Below, one piece after another: positions 17,518-27,092 of a DNA stretch of 64,000 nt. Position 1 is the stretch's first letter. Each line of letters starts with the position of its first letter. The notes under the pieces are model-generated. The model had not been told where the DNA came from, ran no database searches, and worked only from the letters and a program-made list of their open reading frames with translations. The stretch is from an uncultured delta proteobacterium. Lineage in GTDB: Bacteria > Desulfobacterota > Binatia > UBA9968. Location of the stretch: assembly GCA_963804165.1 (NCBI GenBank), contig CAWDPO010000014.1:64001-128000 (forward strand). Reading direction: 5' to 3'. A program made the translations under genes and the position numbers.

Positions 17518-18963
17518 ATGAACATTTCTCGGTTCGGCAGTCTAACGGGCGTTATCTTTGCCGCGGCATTCATCTCCGGGTGCACACTTGGGGCACAAAC
17601 CCGATCGCTTGTGATCCAAGGCGCGACCTTGATCGACGGCACGGGGCGGGCGGCGGTGACGGATTCGGTGATCGTGGTTCGCGACGGCAAGTTTCAAGCC
17701 GTCGGCAAGCGCGCGGACGTCACTATCCCCCAGGGAGCCGAAGTGATCGACGCCAAAGGCAAGACGGTTCTCCCGGGACTCATCGACGGCCACTGTCACT
17801 ACCGCGATTGGATGGGCGAGCTTTATCTCGCCTACGGCGTAGTGACTTGCCCGAACATTTCCAACAATCCTGTTGAATGGATAGTCGCGCAGCGCGAGGG
17901 CGTGAAAAACGGCAGCGTGCGCGGGCCGCGCATATGGGCGTCCGCAAACATCATCGATGGGCCGCCGCCGGAAGGCACCGGCACGCTCCGACGTCAGCGC
18001 ACCAGCATCATCGTCGATAGCGAAGAAGAAGCTCGCAAAGCGGTGCGCGATTTAGTGGAAAAGGGCGTCGACGGGATCAAGCTCTTCGAGCGGCTCAAAC
18101 CGCAGGTTGCAAAGGCGGCAGCGGATGAGGCGCACAAGCTCGGCCGGCCGGTGTTCGGACATACGCTCGATATTTTTACCGCGGCGGCAAACGGCTATCA
18201 GTCCGTCGAACATTCCTGGTCGGTGGTTTATACGTCGATCCAAGATCCAAAAAAGAAGCGCGAGCTGGATATTGGGCGCATGCTCAGAAAAGTCGACACT
18301 GACGAGGTTCACGCGTACATGGAGCCGGCGATGTTCGATAAGATCATCAAAGTCATGGTCGACAAGAACGTGCACTGGAGCACGACCTGGGGGACGTGGT
18401 TTCGGCCCGCGTCGACGTATGCGGACGAGATGAAGAAGCGTGAGCTGGCCTTGCTCAAGAATCCGCAACTCAAGTACTTGCCCGCGTACATTCTTAAGGA
18501 TACCGAGAGCTTTTTTTCTAGGTATGAGAAAATGGCGCCGGAAAAGCGCAATTCAGTTGTCTCAGGCTACAAGATGCTCCAGGAATTTGTCCGCAAGTTC
18601 GCTGGCGCAGGGGGGAAGATTCATACCGGCTCCGATCCCAATCATGTGGTGCCGGGTTACGCCATGCATGCGGAGCTGCAAATGCTTGTGGAGGCTGGAC
18701 TGACGCCGCTGCAGGCGATTCAAACCGCGAGCATCAACGTCGCTCAGGCTTGGGGCAAAGAGAAGGAATACGGCAGCGTCGAAAAGGGCAAAGTGGCGGA
18801 CTTTTTCATCGTCAATGGAGACCCGACAAAAAATATTTCGGATACGCAAAACGTCGAAATGGTTTTTATCGAAGGTAAGAAGATGGACACTGCGTTTCAC
18901 GCCGATTATAAGAATCCGATACCGCGGCCGATCGAAGATCGACCGGAAGGTGGTTCCGAGTAA
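17518..18963 (+). CDS. Exported amidohydrolase family protein (paralog)
   Basis: Signal peptide; PGLIDGHCH, GSDPN, GSVEKGKVADF. Confidence 0.9.
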   Translation: MNISRFGSLTGVIFAAAFISGCTLGAQTRSLVIQGATLIDGTGRAAVTDSVIVVRDGKFQAVGKRADVTIPQGAEVIDAKGKTVLPGLIDGHCHYRDWMGELYLAYGVVTCPNISNNPVEWIVAQREGVKNGSVRGPRIWASANIIDGPPPEGTGTLRRQRTSIIVDSEEEARKAVRDLVEKGVDGIKLFERLKPQVAKAAADEAHKLGRPVFGHTLDIFTAAANGYQSVEHSWSVVYTSIQDPKKKRELDIGRMLRKVDTDEVHAYMEPAMFDKIIKVMVDKNVHWSTTWGTWFRPASTYADEMKKRELALLKNPQLKYLPAYILKDTESFFSRYEKMAPEKRNSVVSGYKMLQEFVRKFAGAGGKIHTGSDPNHVVPGYAMHAELQMLVEAGLTPLQAIQTASINVAQAWGKEKEYGSVEKGKVADFFIVNGDPTKNISDTQNVEMVFIEGKKMDTAFHADYKNPIPRPIEDRPEGGSE

Positions 18964-19032
18964 AGTCATGCGGGGTTTTGCCAATTGCTGGCGAAAATTT
19001 TGTTCTTTGCCGCGAGGCCTGTCTTTCCTATA

Positions 19033-19123
19033 CCCTCGCCCCTTGCGGGAGAGGGCAAGGGTGAGGGGAATTCAAGATTGGGGAGCACCCCCACCTCAGT
19101 CCTCCCCCGTCAAGGGGGAGGAG
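19033..19123. repeat. Intergenic palindromic repeat (CCCTC...GGGAGAGGG...GGGTGAGGGG type)
   Basis: CCCTCGCCCCTTGCGGGAGAGGGCAAGGGTGAGGGG paired with inverted CACCCCCACCTCAGTCCTCCCCCGTCAAGGGGGAGGAGG. Confidence 0.7.
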
Positions 19124-19156
19124 GTTGAGCGGGGATTCGGACTCGCGTGTGTCCTC

Positions 19157-20164
19157 ATGACAATTAGCCTAATGGGAAGCTGGCTGGGCCAGGTTTATGC
19201 GGCCGACAGTCCGCTCACCGTTCTTTCCTATCCGGATCGACCGGCGAAGTTGCCGCTCTGGCTTGCGCAGGACGCCGGGCTATTCGAGAAATATGGATTG
19301 AAAGTCGACATCAAGGCGCCTAAATCCGGCGAAGATCTGGTCGAGCGGATCGCTCGCGACGAAGCGCAGATTTACGTCGCCACTGCGAACTGGATCGTTT
19401 CCGGCATCGGTGACGGCAAGGATTTAGTTTTCTTCGCCAATACCGGTTATAGCGTGCTGAAGCTTGTCGCCCGGCCGGACATTACTCGAGCGCAAGATTT
19501 GAAAGGAAAAAAGGTCGGCACCGGCGAGCCGAACAGCAGCCAGGATCGGATCACGCGGCAGACATTGCAACGACTTGGCTTGAACCCCGACCGGGATGTG
19601 ACTCTCGTTCCCTTCGGCAGCCGGAGCATCCAGCGCTTGAATGCGCTGCTCAAGGGCGAGATCGACGCGACGACGAGCAACGAAGATAATTTATTCGAGC
19701 TGGAGCGGCGCGGAGAGATGAATAAAATTCGAGTCCTAGCCGATAACGAGAGCTTGAAACTTTTCATCGGCGCGGGCGTGGACTTCGCCGTGCAGCGCCG
19801 TCTGCTCGCCAAATCGCGCCACGTTGTCAAGGGATTTGTTCAGGCGCTCTCTGAAGCCATCGCGCTGGCGCGGCGCGATCGTTCCCAGGCGGAGCGTATC
19901 TATGGCCGTTATTTAAATGTCAAAGATCCCACGTTGCTGGAATTCATGTACCGGACCTACGTTCACGGCGCGATTCCAGAGCGCCCCTATCCCAAGTTGG
20001 ACAACGTCGCACTCGGCATCGAGGAATTCAGCGCCAAGCCCGGCCTCAAAGGCAAGCGCGCCGAAGACATCACCGATCCAAGTCTGGTCAAGGAGCTCGA
20101 GTCCGAGGGCTTCTTCGATCGGCTGTCCCGCAAACCCGAAGAGCATGGCACCCGAGCTGAATAA
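19157..20164 (+). CDS. NMT1/SsuA-like ABC substrate-binding protein
   Basis: PLWLAQDAGLFEKYGL, DLKGKKVG, ELESEGFFDRL; ORF extension upstream of 19157 runs through the repeat. Confidence 0.85.
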   Translation: MTISLMGSWLGQVYAADSPLTVLSYPDRPAKLPLWLAQDAGLFEKYGLKVDIKAPKSGEDLVERIARDEAQIYVATANWIVSGIGDGKDLVFFANTGYSVLKLVARPDITRAQDLKGKKVGTGEPNSSQDRITRQTLQRLGLNPDRDVTLVPFGSRSIQRLNALLKGEIDATTSNEDNLFELERRGEMNKIRVLADNESLKLFIGAGVDFAVQRRLLAKSRHVVKGFVQALSEAIALARRDRSQAERIYGRYLNVKDPTLLEFMYRTYVHGAIPERPYPKLDNVALGIEEFSAKPGLKGKRAEDITDPSLVKELESEGFFDRLSRKPEEHGTRAE

Positions 20165-20232
20165 GTTGACACTCACGAAGCTTTCTTAGTACCTTCGCGG
20201 CCAATCGATCCTATCTATCTAAGGAGGCGGCT

Positions 20233-21141
20233 ATGCGAACAAAGCTGACTTTGGCTCTCGCAGTATGTGTGGGTTTGATGTCGGCTGCGACTCTCGCGGC
20301 GCAGGAGCTGGCGCCGAACATTCGCAAAATTAAAGATGGCATCTACGTCTACGTCGGCAATAACTTCAACTCCAATTGCGGCATCGTGATCACCCAGGAG
20401 GGCGTGGTGCTGATCGACAGCGGTCACAATCCCACCGATTCTCGCGCCATCCTCGACGCCGTAAAGAAGCTCACGCCGTTGCCCGTGCGTTTTTTGATCG
20501 ACACTGAACCGCATGGCGACCACACGACTGGCCATTTCGTTTTCTCGCCTCCCGCGATCATCGTGGCGCATGATGGGGCAACGGAATCGATGAAAGCGGC
20601 TTTCAATCCGAAGCGAAACGAAAAACTCATGGCCGAGTCGCGGGAAATGCGCGCTGCCTTCGAAGGGTTTCGTCTCGTGTTGCCGCATCTCGAGTACCGA
20701 CAAAAGATGACGCTCAATGTCGGCGAGAGAACTTTCGAGCTGCTCTATTAAAAAGGCGTGCATAGCGAAGCTGACACCGCAGTGTGGCTGCCGGAAGAGC
20801 GCGTGTTGTTTTCGGCGTCTGGCATCGTCGTCGACCAGATCAACATCCTCCGTCCGTTCGTAACCATCCCCGATATTCTGGCGGCCGCCAAGATGATGAA
20901 AGCACTGAACCCGGAGCATGTGATTCCCGGCCACGGCCAACCCGGCACGGTGAAGATATTCGAGGACACGGAGAAATATTACGCGTTGCTCCTGGAACGG
21001 GTTGGCAAGATGGTGAAGGAAGGCAAGTCGCTCGACGAGATCAAGAAAGAGGTCAAGATGCCGGAATACGCTCACTGGGCGAGCAAAGAACGTTTCCCCA
21101 CCAATGTCGAAGCCGCGTACAAAGCGGTGAAGGGGAGTTGA
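20233..21141 (+). CDS. Exported MBL-fold metallo-hydrolase (frameshift ~20750)
   Basis: GVVLIDSG, TEPHGDH, HSEADT, VIPGHG. Confidence 0.85.
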
Positions 21142-21189
21142 CGAGGCGAAGATGTCGGCGCAGGGAGATTACTGAAGCACTCTCTCGGA

Positions 21190-21276
21190 GTCCTTCGACA
21201 GGTCTCAGGACGAGCGGAAAGAGCTTGATACCGACGAAGAAAGATTTTCCGTTCACGCTGAGGCCCTCGAAGCGTT
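21190..21276. repeat. Intergenic inverted repeat (TTCGACAGG.TCAGG...CTGAGG.CCTCGAAG type)
   Basis: CCTTCGACAGGTCTCAGGACGAGCGGAAA ... TTTTCCGTTCACGCTGAGGCCCTCGAAG. Confidence 0.6.
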
Positions 21277-21329
21277 CCGAGGTTTTTTTCGTAACCCGAT
21301 ACACTGAAGCGTCGGTTGGATAAACAATT

Positions 21330-22254
21330 ATGGAGGTCGTAATGAGAGCTAGACATGTTTGCTCGATATTCGCGGCAATCTGGATCGGATTGTTCCACAC
21401 GCATTTATCAGCTCAAGACCTCGGGCCGCATTTCAAAAAGATCGCGGAAGGGATCTTTGTCCGTGCGGTGAAACCGGCCGATTCCAATGCGGCGATTATC
21501 CTTACCTCCGAAGGCGTGGTGTTGATCGACAGCGGCCACAATCCGCCGGACTCGATCGCGCTTAGCCAAGCGATCAAAAAATTGACGCCGCTGCCGGTGC
21601 GCTACCTGATCAACACCGAGCCGCACAGCGACCACACGACGGGACACTTCGTTTTCTCTCCGCCGGCGCTGATCGTCGCCCATGAGGGCGCGACGGAATC
21701 GATGAAGAAAGCTTACAACCCGAAGCGCAACGAAAAACTGATGGCCGAGTATCCGGAGATGCGTGAGTCGTTCAAGGATTTCAAGATGATCACGCCGCAT
21801 ATCGAATACCGCCAGAAGATGACGCTCCAATCGGGGGAAAGAACCTTTGAACTCTATTACCTTAAAAACGTGCATAGCGAGGCGGATACGGCGATCTGGC
21901 TGCCGAAGGAGCGGGTGCTGTTTTCCGCGGCGGTGGCGGGGATAAAGCGTTTCAGCAATATCCGACCATTCCGTGCAGATCCCCGATATGATCGGCGCCA
22001 TGAAGATGATGAAGGCCCTCAATCCGGAGATCGTCGTGCCGGGTCACGGCGCGCCGGGGACGACGAAGATCTTCGACGACTCGATTCAGTACTATAGCCT
22101 TCTGCTTGAGCGGGTGGGCAAGATGGCGAAAGAAGGCAAGTCCCTGGAGTCCATCAAGAAAGATTTGCGCATGCCCGAGACCGACGACTGGGCGTCCAAA
22201 GATCGCATCGACACGAACATCGAAGCAGCGTATCGCGCGGTGTCGGGGAAGTGA
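21330..22254 (+). CDS. Exported MBL-fold metallo-hydrolase paralog (frameshift ~21970)
   Basis: GVVLIDSG, TEPHSDH, HSEADT, VVPGHG; highly similar to preceding gene. Confidence 0.85.
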
Positions 22255-22360
22255 TGCGGGAAAGCTTGTTCAAGATCTTGTCTTTTCGAGGAAGGGTTTG
22301 GGCTGAGACACTGATGAAGTCCTACCCGTTGACTTAGCAGTTAGGCCCAAGGAAAGCTCG

Positions 22361-22774
22361 ATGTTCCACGTATTGCTGCTGGTTACCTTTGTCTTGGCGC
22401 TCGCAGTTTCTTATCTCGTGACTCGAGCATTTACGAAGCCTCTCGATAGTATCCTGAACCGAATCATTGCGGACCAGATTAGCGCGGCTTGGCTTAAGTA
22501 TCTCAAGTTCGCCATTATGGTTGTTGGCGTCTCCTCCGGCGTGCGGATTAACGAGCTAGAAAAATACATTACTCCATTCCGTTACGATAAGGAGGCAAGG
22601 ATTGTTGAGCTTACACAGGAGCGCTGGGTACTTGAGGTATATCGCACCGTGATAGAAACGCTGCAAGGCATCGCGTGGATGCTATTGGTGTTCTTCGTAT
22701 TCGCCCTGCTTGCTTACGTCATCGTCCGTATTGGTGAATTAAGGCAGGGTCGGGCCAATCCGAGGTCTCCCTAG
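22361..22774 (+). CDS. Hypothetical 3-TM membrane protein
   Basis: 137-aa ORF with three hydrophobic segments, lower GC than neighbours, AAGGA RBS. Confidence 0.75.
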   Translation: MFHVLLLVTFVLALAVSYLVTRAFTKPLDSILNRIIADQISAAWLKYLKFAIMVVGVSSGVRINELEKYITPFRYDKEARIVELTQERWVLEVYRTVIETLQGIAWMLLVFFVFALLAYVIVRIGELRQGRANPRSP

Positions 22775-22920
22775 TCCCTCCCTCCAGAGGGCCGATTCGC
22801 AAGCTGTGCTTCCTTGCCAAGCCGCTCCGAAAGAATGAATCCCGCGGTTTTAGCTTCACATTTTATTTGGCGACAACTTCCCTGATCCGCACACCCAAAA
22901 CATTTCCCAAAACATTTCAC

Positions 22921-22950
22921 TTGACCGGTTCATGCCGTTTTAACTAGAAT
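22921..22950 (+). promoter_or_regulatory. Putative sigma70 promoter of ThDP-enzyme operon
   Basis: TTGACC-N18-TAGAAT upstream of 23083. Confidence 0.45.
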
Positions 22951-22977
22951 CCAATCGCCGTAGCAGCCAAAAACAAC

Positions 22978-23066
22978 GGAGTAATGGAGCGATGGAGTAT
23001 TGGAGTAAGGGTTTAAAGCCCAACACTCCAGTTCACCAGTACTCCAACACTCCATCACTCCAACTC
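22978..23066. repeat. Octamer inverted-repeat hairpin (TGGAGTRA)n...(CCAACACT)n
   Basis: GGAGTAATGGAGCGATGGAGTATTGGAGTAA ... CCAACACTCCAGTTCACCAGTACTCCAACACTCCATCACTCC. Confidence 0.85.
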
Positions 23067-23082
23067 TCACAGGGAGGTTTCT

Positions 23083-24985
23083 ATGCATAGGCTGGTTAGA
23101 GATTATTTGACTCAGGACCTTTCAAGGCGCGGCTTTTTGAAATCCATGGCCGCGGCCGGCTTCACTGTGGCGGCGGCGCAGTCGGTTTTGGAGAATCTCG
23201 TTCCCGCGGCCCATGCGCAAACTGCCGGGAAGGAATACGTCAAACCGTTTGAGGGAAACGGCGGCGAGCTGTTGGCCGAGCAGTTGTTGCAAACCGGCAT
23301 CGACTACCTCTTTGTCGGCAACGGCTCGGGTCTGGGTTCGCTCTGCGATGCCGTGATCGATCGGCCCAAGCTCAAGTTGGTGCTGGCGACTCATGAAGCT
23401 CACGTCGTGGCGATGGCGAGCGGCTACACGATGGCTACGGGAAATCCCTCGTTCTGCATGTACAGCCGGGTGGGAGCGGCTCACTCCACGGGCAACATTT
23501 ACAATGCCATGAAAGACCACCTGCCGATTGTCGTTGCCGTGGATCGCGCCGATACGACGGAAGACGGTCGGGACGGGCACGAGGATCTTGAGGACATGCT
23601 CGAGCCGATGAAGCAGTACACCAAGTGGCGCTGGGTCGTCAAAGAGGTTGGCCGCACGCCCGAATGGGTCACCAAAGCGTTCAAAGTCTCCGCTACCTTG
23701 CCCTGCGGCCCGACCTATCTCATGTTTCCGCGCGACGTCACCTTCGAGCATAAGGCCAAGGCGAATATTTTTCTGCCGGGCACATTCAACGTGCCGATGA
23801 ACGTCAGGCCCAATGCTAAGAGCGTCGAGAAAACCGCCAAGCTGCTCTTGGAAGCGAAAAGTCCGCTGCTGATGATCGGTCCCGAGGTCTATCAAAGCGG
23901 CGCGCAAAAAGAGGTGGTGGAGTTGGCCGAGCTGCTGAGTCTGCCCGTGTGCGAGCGCGGCCGGTGGTGCCAGGTGTTCCCGAACCAGCACCCGCTCTTT
24001 TTGGGAGCGCTTAGAAGACAAATGCGCTATCCGCAGAATGTCGATCTGTTTCTGAATCTGGGCGCGCTCTTTCCTGACCCGGAAGAGAGCTTCATCGTCG
24101 AGAAGAAAGTTCCCGCGGTGGTGGCCGGCACCGATGTCCGTCATATGGGCGATGCGATGCCGCTAGAAGAGGCGCTGGTGGGAAATCTTAAGGAGACAAC
24201 GCGGGATCTTATCGACGCGCTCAAGAGCATGGCGACGAAGGATCGCATCGACAAGATCGCCAAGCCGAAGATTCGATGAGACCAAGAAATATACCGAGAG
24301 GCTGCGCGCGGGGCGCGAGGCTGCGGCGAAAAAAACATGGGACAATAAACCCATCGAGTGGGACCGTCTGGCGAAAGAGATCGAGGCGGTGGCGGATAAA
24401 GACGCGATCATCGTCGAAGAGTTCGGTTCACAGCGCGGCAAAGTGCCTCGATTATATGAATCTAGGTTACGGCGCCAAGACCCAGTTGGGCCGCACGACG
24501 GGAAGCTGCCTGGGGTGGGGTTTGCCGGCGTGCGGTGGGCGTAAAGCTCGCCAAACCGGATCACCAAGTCTGGGCCCTTCAAGGTGATGGCGGCATGCTG
24601 TTCGGCCAGACCGAGGCGCTGTGGCCAATGCGCCGCCACGAAGCGCCGATCATTACGGTGGTCTTTAACAACCGGAGCTACAACGAGACGCAGAAATCGA
24701 ATGTGGAGCAGGGGCGCGCAGCAGCGCGAGAAAAAGTTGGACATGATCAGTCACTTGGGCAATCCGGATGTGAACTTCGCGAAGATCGCCGAGGCCTACG
24801 ACATCAAGGGCGAGGTCGTTGCCGATCCCAACGACATCGCGCCGGCGCTGAAGCGCGCCATTCAAGCGACGCGCGACGGCAAACCGTATCTGCTCGACGT
24901 TCTCGTCGCGCAGGCCGGGCAGGGCGCGAATCTCAACTGGTATCCAAAGGTGTCGGTGGCGGAGATGAGGACGAAGAAAGCCTAA
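23083..24985 (+). CDS. ThDP-dependent enzyme (benzoylformate decarboxylase/ALS-like) with Tat signal; several frameshifts 24270-24700
   Basis: SRRGFLK...AAHAQ; ATHEAHVVAMA catalytic Glu; QGDGGMLFG...VVFNNRSY ThDP motif. Confidence 0.85.
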
Positions 24986-24989
24986 AAAT

Positions 24990-25070
24990 TGGAGTAATGG
25001 AGTGATGGAGTATTGGAGTAATGGGTTGGGAGCCCACCACTCCAGCACTCCAAAACTCCAACACCCCAAT
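24990..25070. repeat. Octamer inverted-repeat hairpin
   Basis: TGGAGTAATGGAGTGATGGAGTATTGGAGTAATGG ... CCACCACTCCAGCACTCCAAAACTCCAACACCCC. Confidence 0.85.
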
Positions 25071-25087
25071 TCTCTCCGGGAGGTTTT

Positions 25088-26992
25088 ATGCGTGAACTAG
25101 TGATGCGTTATCTCAGTCGCGATTTGTCGCGGCGGTCTTTTCTTACGAGCATGGCCGCGGCCGGGTTCACTCTGACGGCGGCTGAATCGGTGCTCAAGTC
25201 GCTGACTCCGCTCGCCGAGGCGCAAACCGTAGCGCCCGAGGCGGTGAAAATTGTCGAGGGAACCGGAGGAGAGCTTTTAGTCCAGCAGCTGATCGCGGCG
25301 GGCACAAAATATTTCTTTTATTGTAATAGTTCCCCCGCGGGGCCGATTCTGGACGCGCTGGTCGATACACCGGAGATCAAGATCGTCATCGGCACTTCCG
25401 AGAACATCACGATGGCGCTGGCGTGCGGCTACTCGTTGGCGACCGGCCAGCCCAGCGTTGTCAATGTAACGACCGTCGTTGGCACCGCGAGTCTCATGGC
25501 CAATCTGTTCAACGCGCGGCGAGATTACATTCCCGTGATCGTCACGGCGGGCACGCACTATTCGAAAGGAACGGGACGAGACGGCTTTGAAGACATCGAC
25601 GACATCCTTGAGATCACCAAACCGTTCGCGCGCTGGGGTTTTCAAGCAAATTACGCCAGCCGCATGCCGGAGCTGACCCGGATGGCTTTCAAGATGGCGA
25701 CCACGCCGCCGGGAGGTCCCGTCTATCTCGCCTGCCCGCGCGATGTTCTCGATCAGAAGGCTAAAGGCGAAATCATCACGCGGGATAAATTCGATATTCC
25801 GTCGCGGGTCCGGCCCGACAGCCGCGCCGTAGAGAAAGCGGCCCAGCTCCTTCTCGAAGCGAAGGCTCCAGTGCTTGGCGTCGGCCATGAGGTTTGGCGC
25901 ACCGGCGCGATGGACCAGGTCGTTGCGCTGGCTGAAATGCTCGGCTTACCGGCCGTGCAGGTGCTGAGCCCTTACAATGATTTTCCCACGACCCATCCGC
26001 TCTACATGGGCGACGTCGCGGGCCGCTTCAATATACGCCATCCCAAGAACGTCGATGCATTCTTGAACCTGGGTGGCCGCATGCCGTATCAGCAAGGCGA
26101 CGAGCCGAGCATACCGCGAAAGTGGAAGGTGATTCACGCTTCGCTCGACGGCGAAAGCATCGGCAAGGTCTATCCGACGGACGTTGCTTTGCTCGGGGAC
26201 GTGAAGGAAACAACCATGGCGTTGTCAGAGGCGATCAAACAGGGGCTGACTCCGGCGCTCAAGGCTGAGGTGAAAAAGCGCAACGAGGAAACCAAGGCCT
26301 TCACGGATAAATTGAATGATTCGCGGATGCAGTTTGCCCGTCGCGAGTGGGACAACGCGCCCATCAGTTGGGCGCGGATGGGATTCGAGCTGAACGAAGG
26401 ACTCGACAAAGACGCCGTTCTCGTGAACGAATTTGGTTCCTCGAAGGATTCCGTCTTCCGCTGGTTTCGCTGCGCCAAGGATGAAAAAAGCAGCATAGGC
26501 AGAACCATGGGTTCGGCGCTGGGCTGGTCGATGGGCGCGGCTTTAGGAATCAAGCTCGCACTGCCTGACCGGCAGGTTTGCTGCATGGTCGGCGACGGCG
26601 CCGTGATGTTCGGTCAATTTGAATCTCTATGGACGGCCGCCCGCTATGAGATTCCTGTCATCTTCGTCGTCTTCAATAACCGCAGCTACAACGAGACGCG
26701 CGTGCGCCACTTGTCCGGTGGCGGCAAGATGGCGCAGCAGAAAAAAGATCTGGTCAATTACCTCGGCAATCCCGATGTGGCCTTCGCCGACGCCGCCCGA
26801 GCTTTTGGAGTCAAGGCAGAGTCGGTCAAAGCCCCCGGCGACCTAAAGGCCGCGATCAAGCGCGCCGCCGCTGCGGCGCGGGACGGCAAACCGTATCTCT
26901 TGGACGTATTAGTCGAGCGCACTGGAGCTTTGGCCGAGTCCACATGGTATCCAAAGGTGTCGGTTGCGGAGATGAGGACGAAGAAAGTTTAA
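25088..26992 (+). CDS. ThDP-dependent enzyme with Tat signal
   Basis: SRRSFL...LAEAQ; GTSENITMALA; VGDGAVMFG...VFNNRSY. Confidence 0.92.
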   Translation: MRELVMRYLSRDLSRRSFLTSMAAAGFTLTAAESVLKSLTPLAEAQTVAPEAVKIVEGTGGELLVQQLIAAGTKYFFYCNSSPAGPILDALVDTPEIKIVIGTSENITMALACGYSLATGQPSVVNVTTVVGTASLMANLFNARRDYIPVIVTAGTHYSKGTGRDGFEDIDDILEITKPFARWGFQANYASRMPELTRMAFKMATTPPGGPVYLACPRDVLDQKAKGEIITRDKFDIPSRVRPDSRAVEKAAQLLLEAKAPVLGVGHEVWRTGAMDQVVALAEMLGLPAVQVLSPYNDFPTTHPLYMGDVAGRFNIRHPKNVDAFLNLGGRMPYQQGDEPSIPRKWKVIHASLDGESIGKVYPTDVALLGDVKETTMALSEAIKQGLTPALKAEVKKRNEETKAFTDKLNDSRMQFARREWDNAPISWARMGFELNEGLDKDAVLVNEFGSSKDSVFRWFRCAKDEKSSIGRTMGSALGWSMGAALGIKLALPDRQVCCMVGDGAVMFGQFESLWTAARYEIPVIFVVFNNRSYNETRVRHLSGGGKMAQQKKDLVNYLGNPDVAFADAARAFGVKAESVKAPGDLKAAIKRAAAAARDGKPYLLDVLVERTGALAESTWYPKVSVAEMRTKKV

Positions 26993-26996
26993 AGAC

Positions 26997-27077
26997 TGGA
27001 GTAATGGAATGGTGGAGTAATGGGGTAATGGGTTGATAACCCAACACTCCAGAACTCCAATACTCCAGCACTCCAAT
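26997..27077. repeat. Octamer inverted-repeat hairpin
   Basis: TGGAGTAATGGAATGGTGGAGTAATGGGGTAATGG ... CCAACACTCCAGAACTCCAATACTCCAGCACTCC. Confidence 0.85.
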
Positions 27078-27092
27078 TCCTCGGGAGGTTTT

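Noticed and set aside
18815-19156. Long N-terminal extension of the SBP ORF 18815..20164
   Set aside because: Overlaps the amidohydrolase end and reads through an intergenic palindrome; real start is likely near 19157
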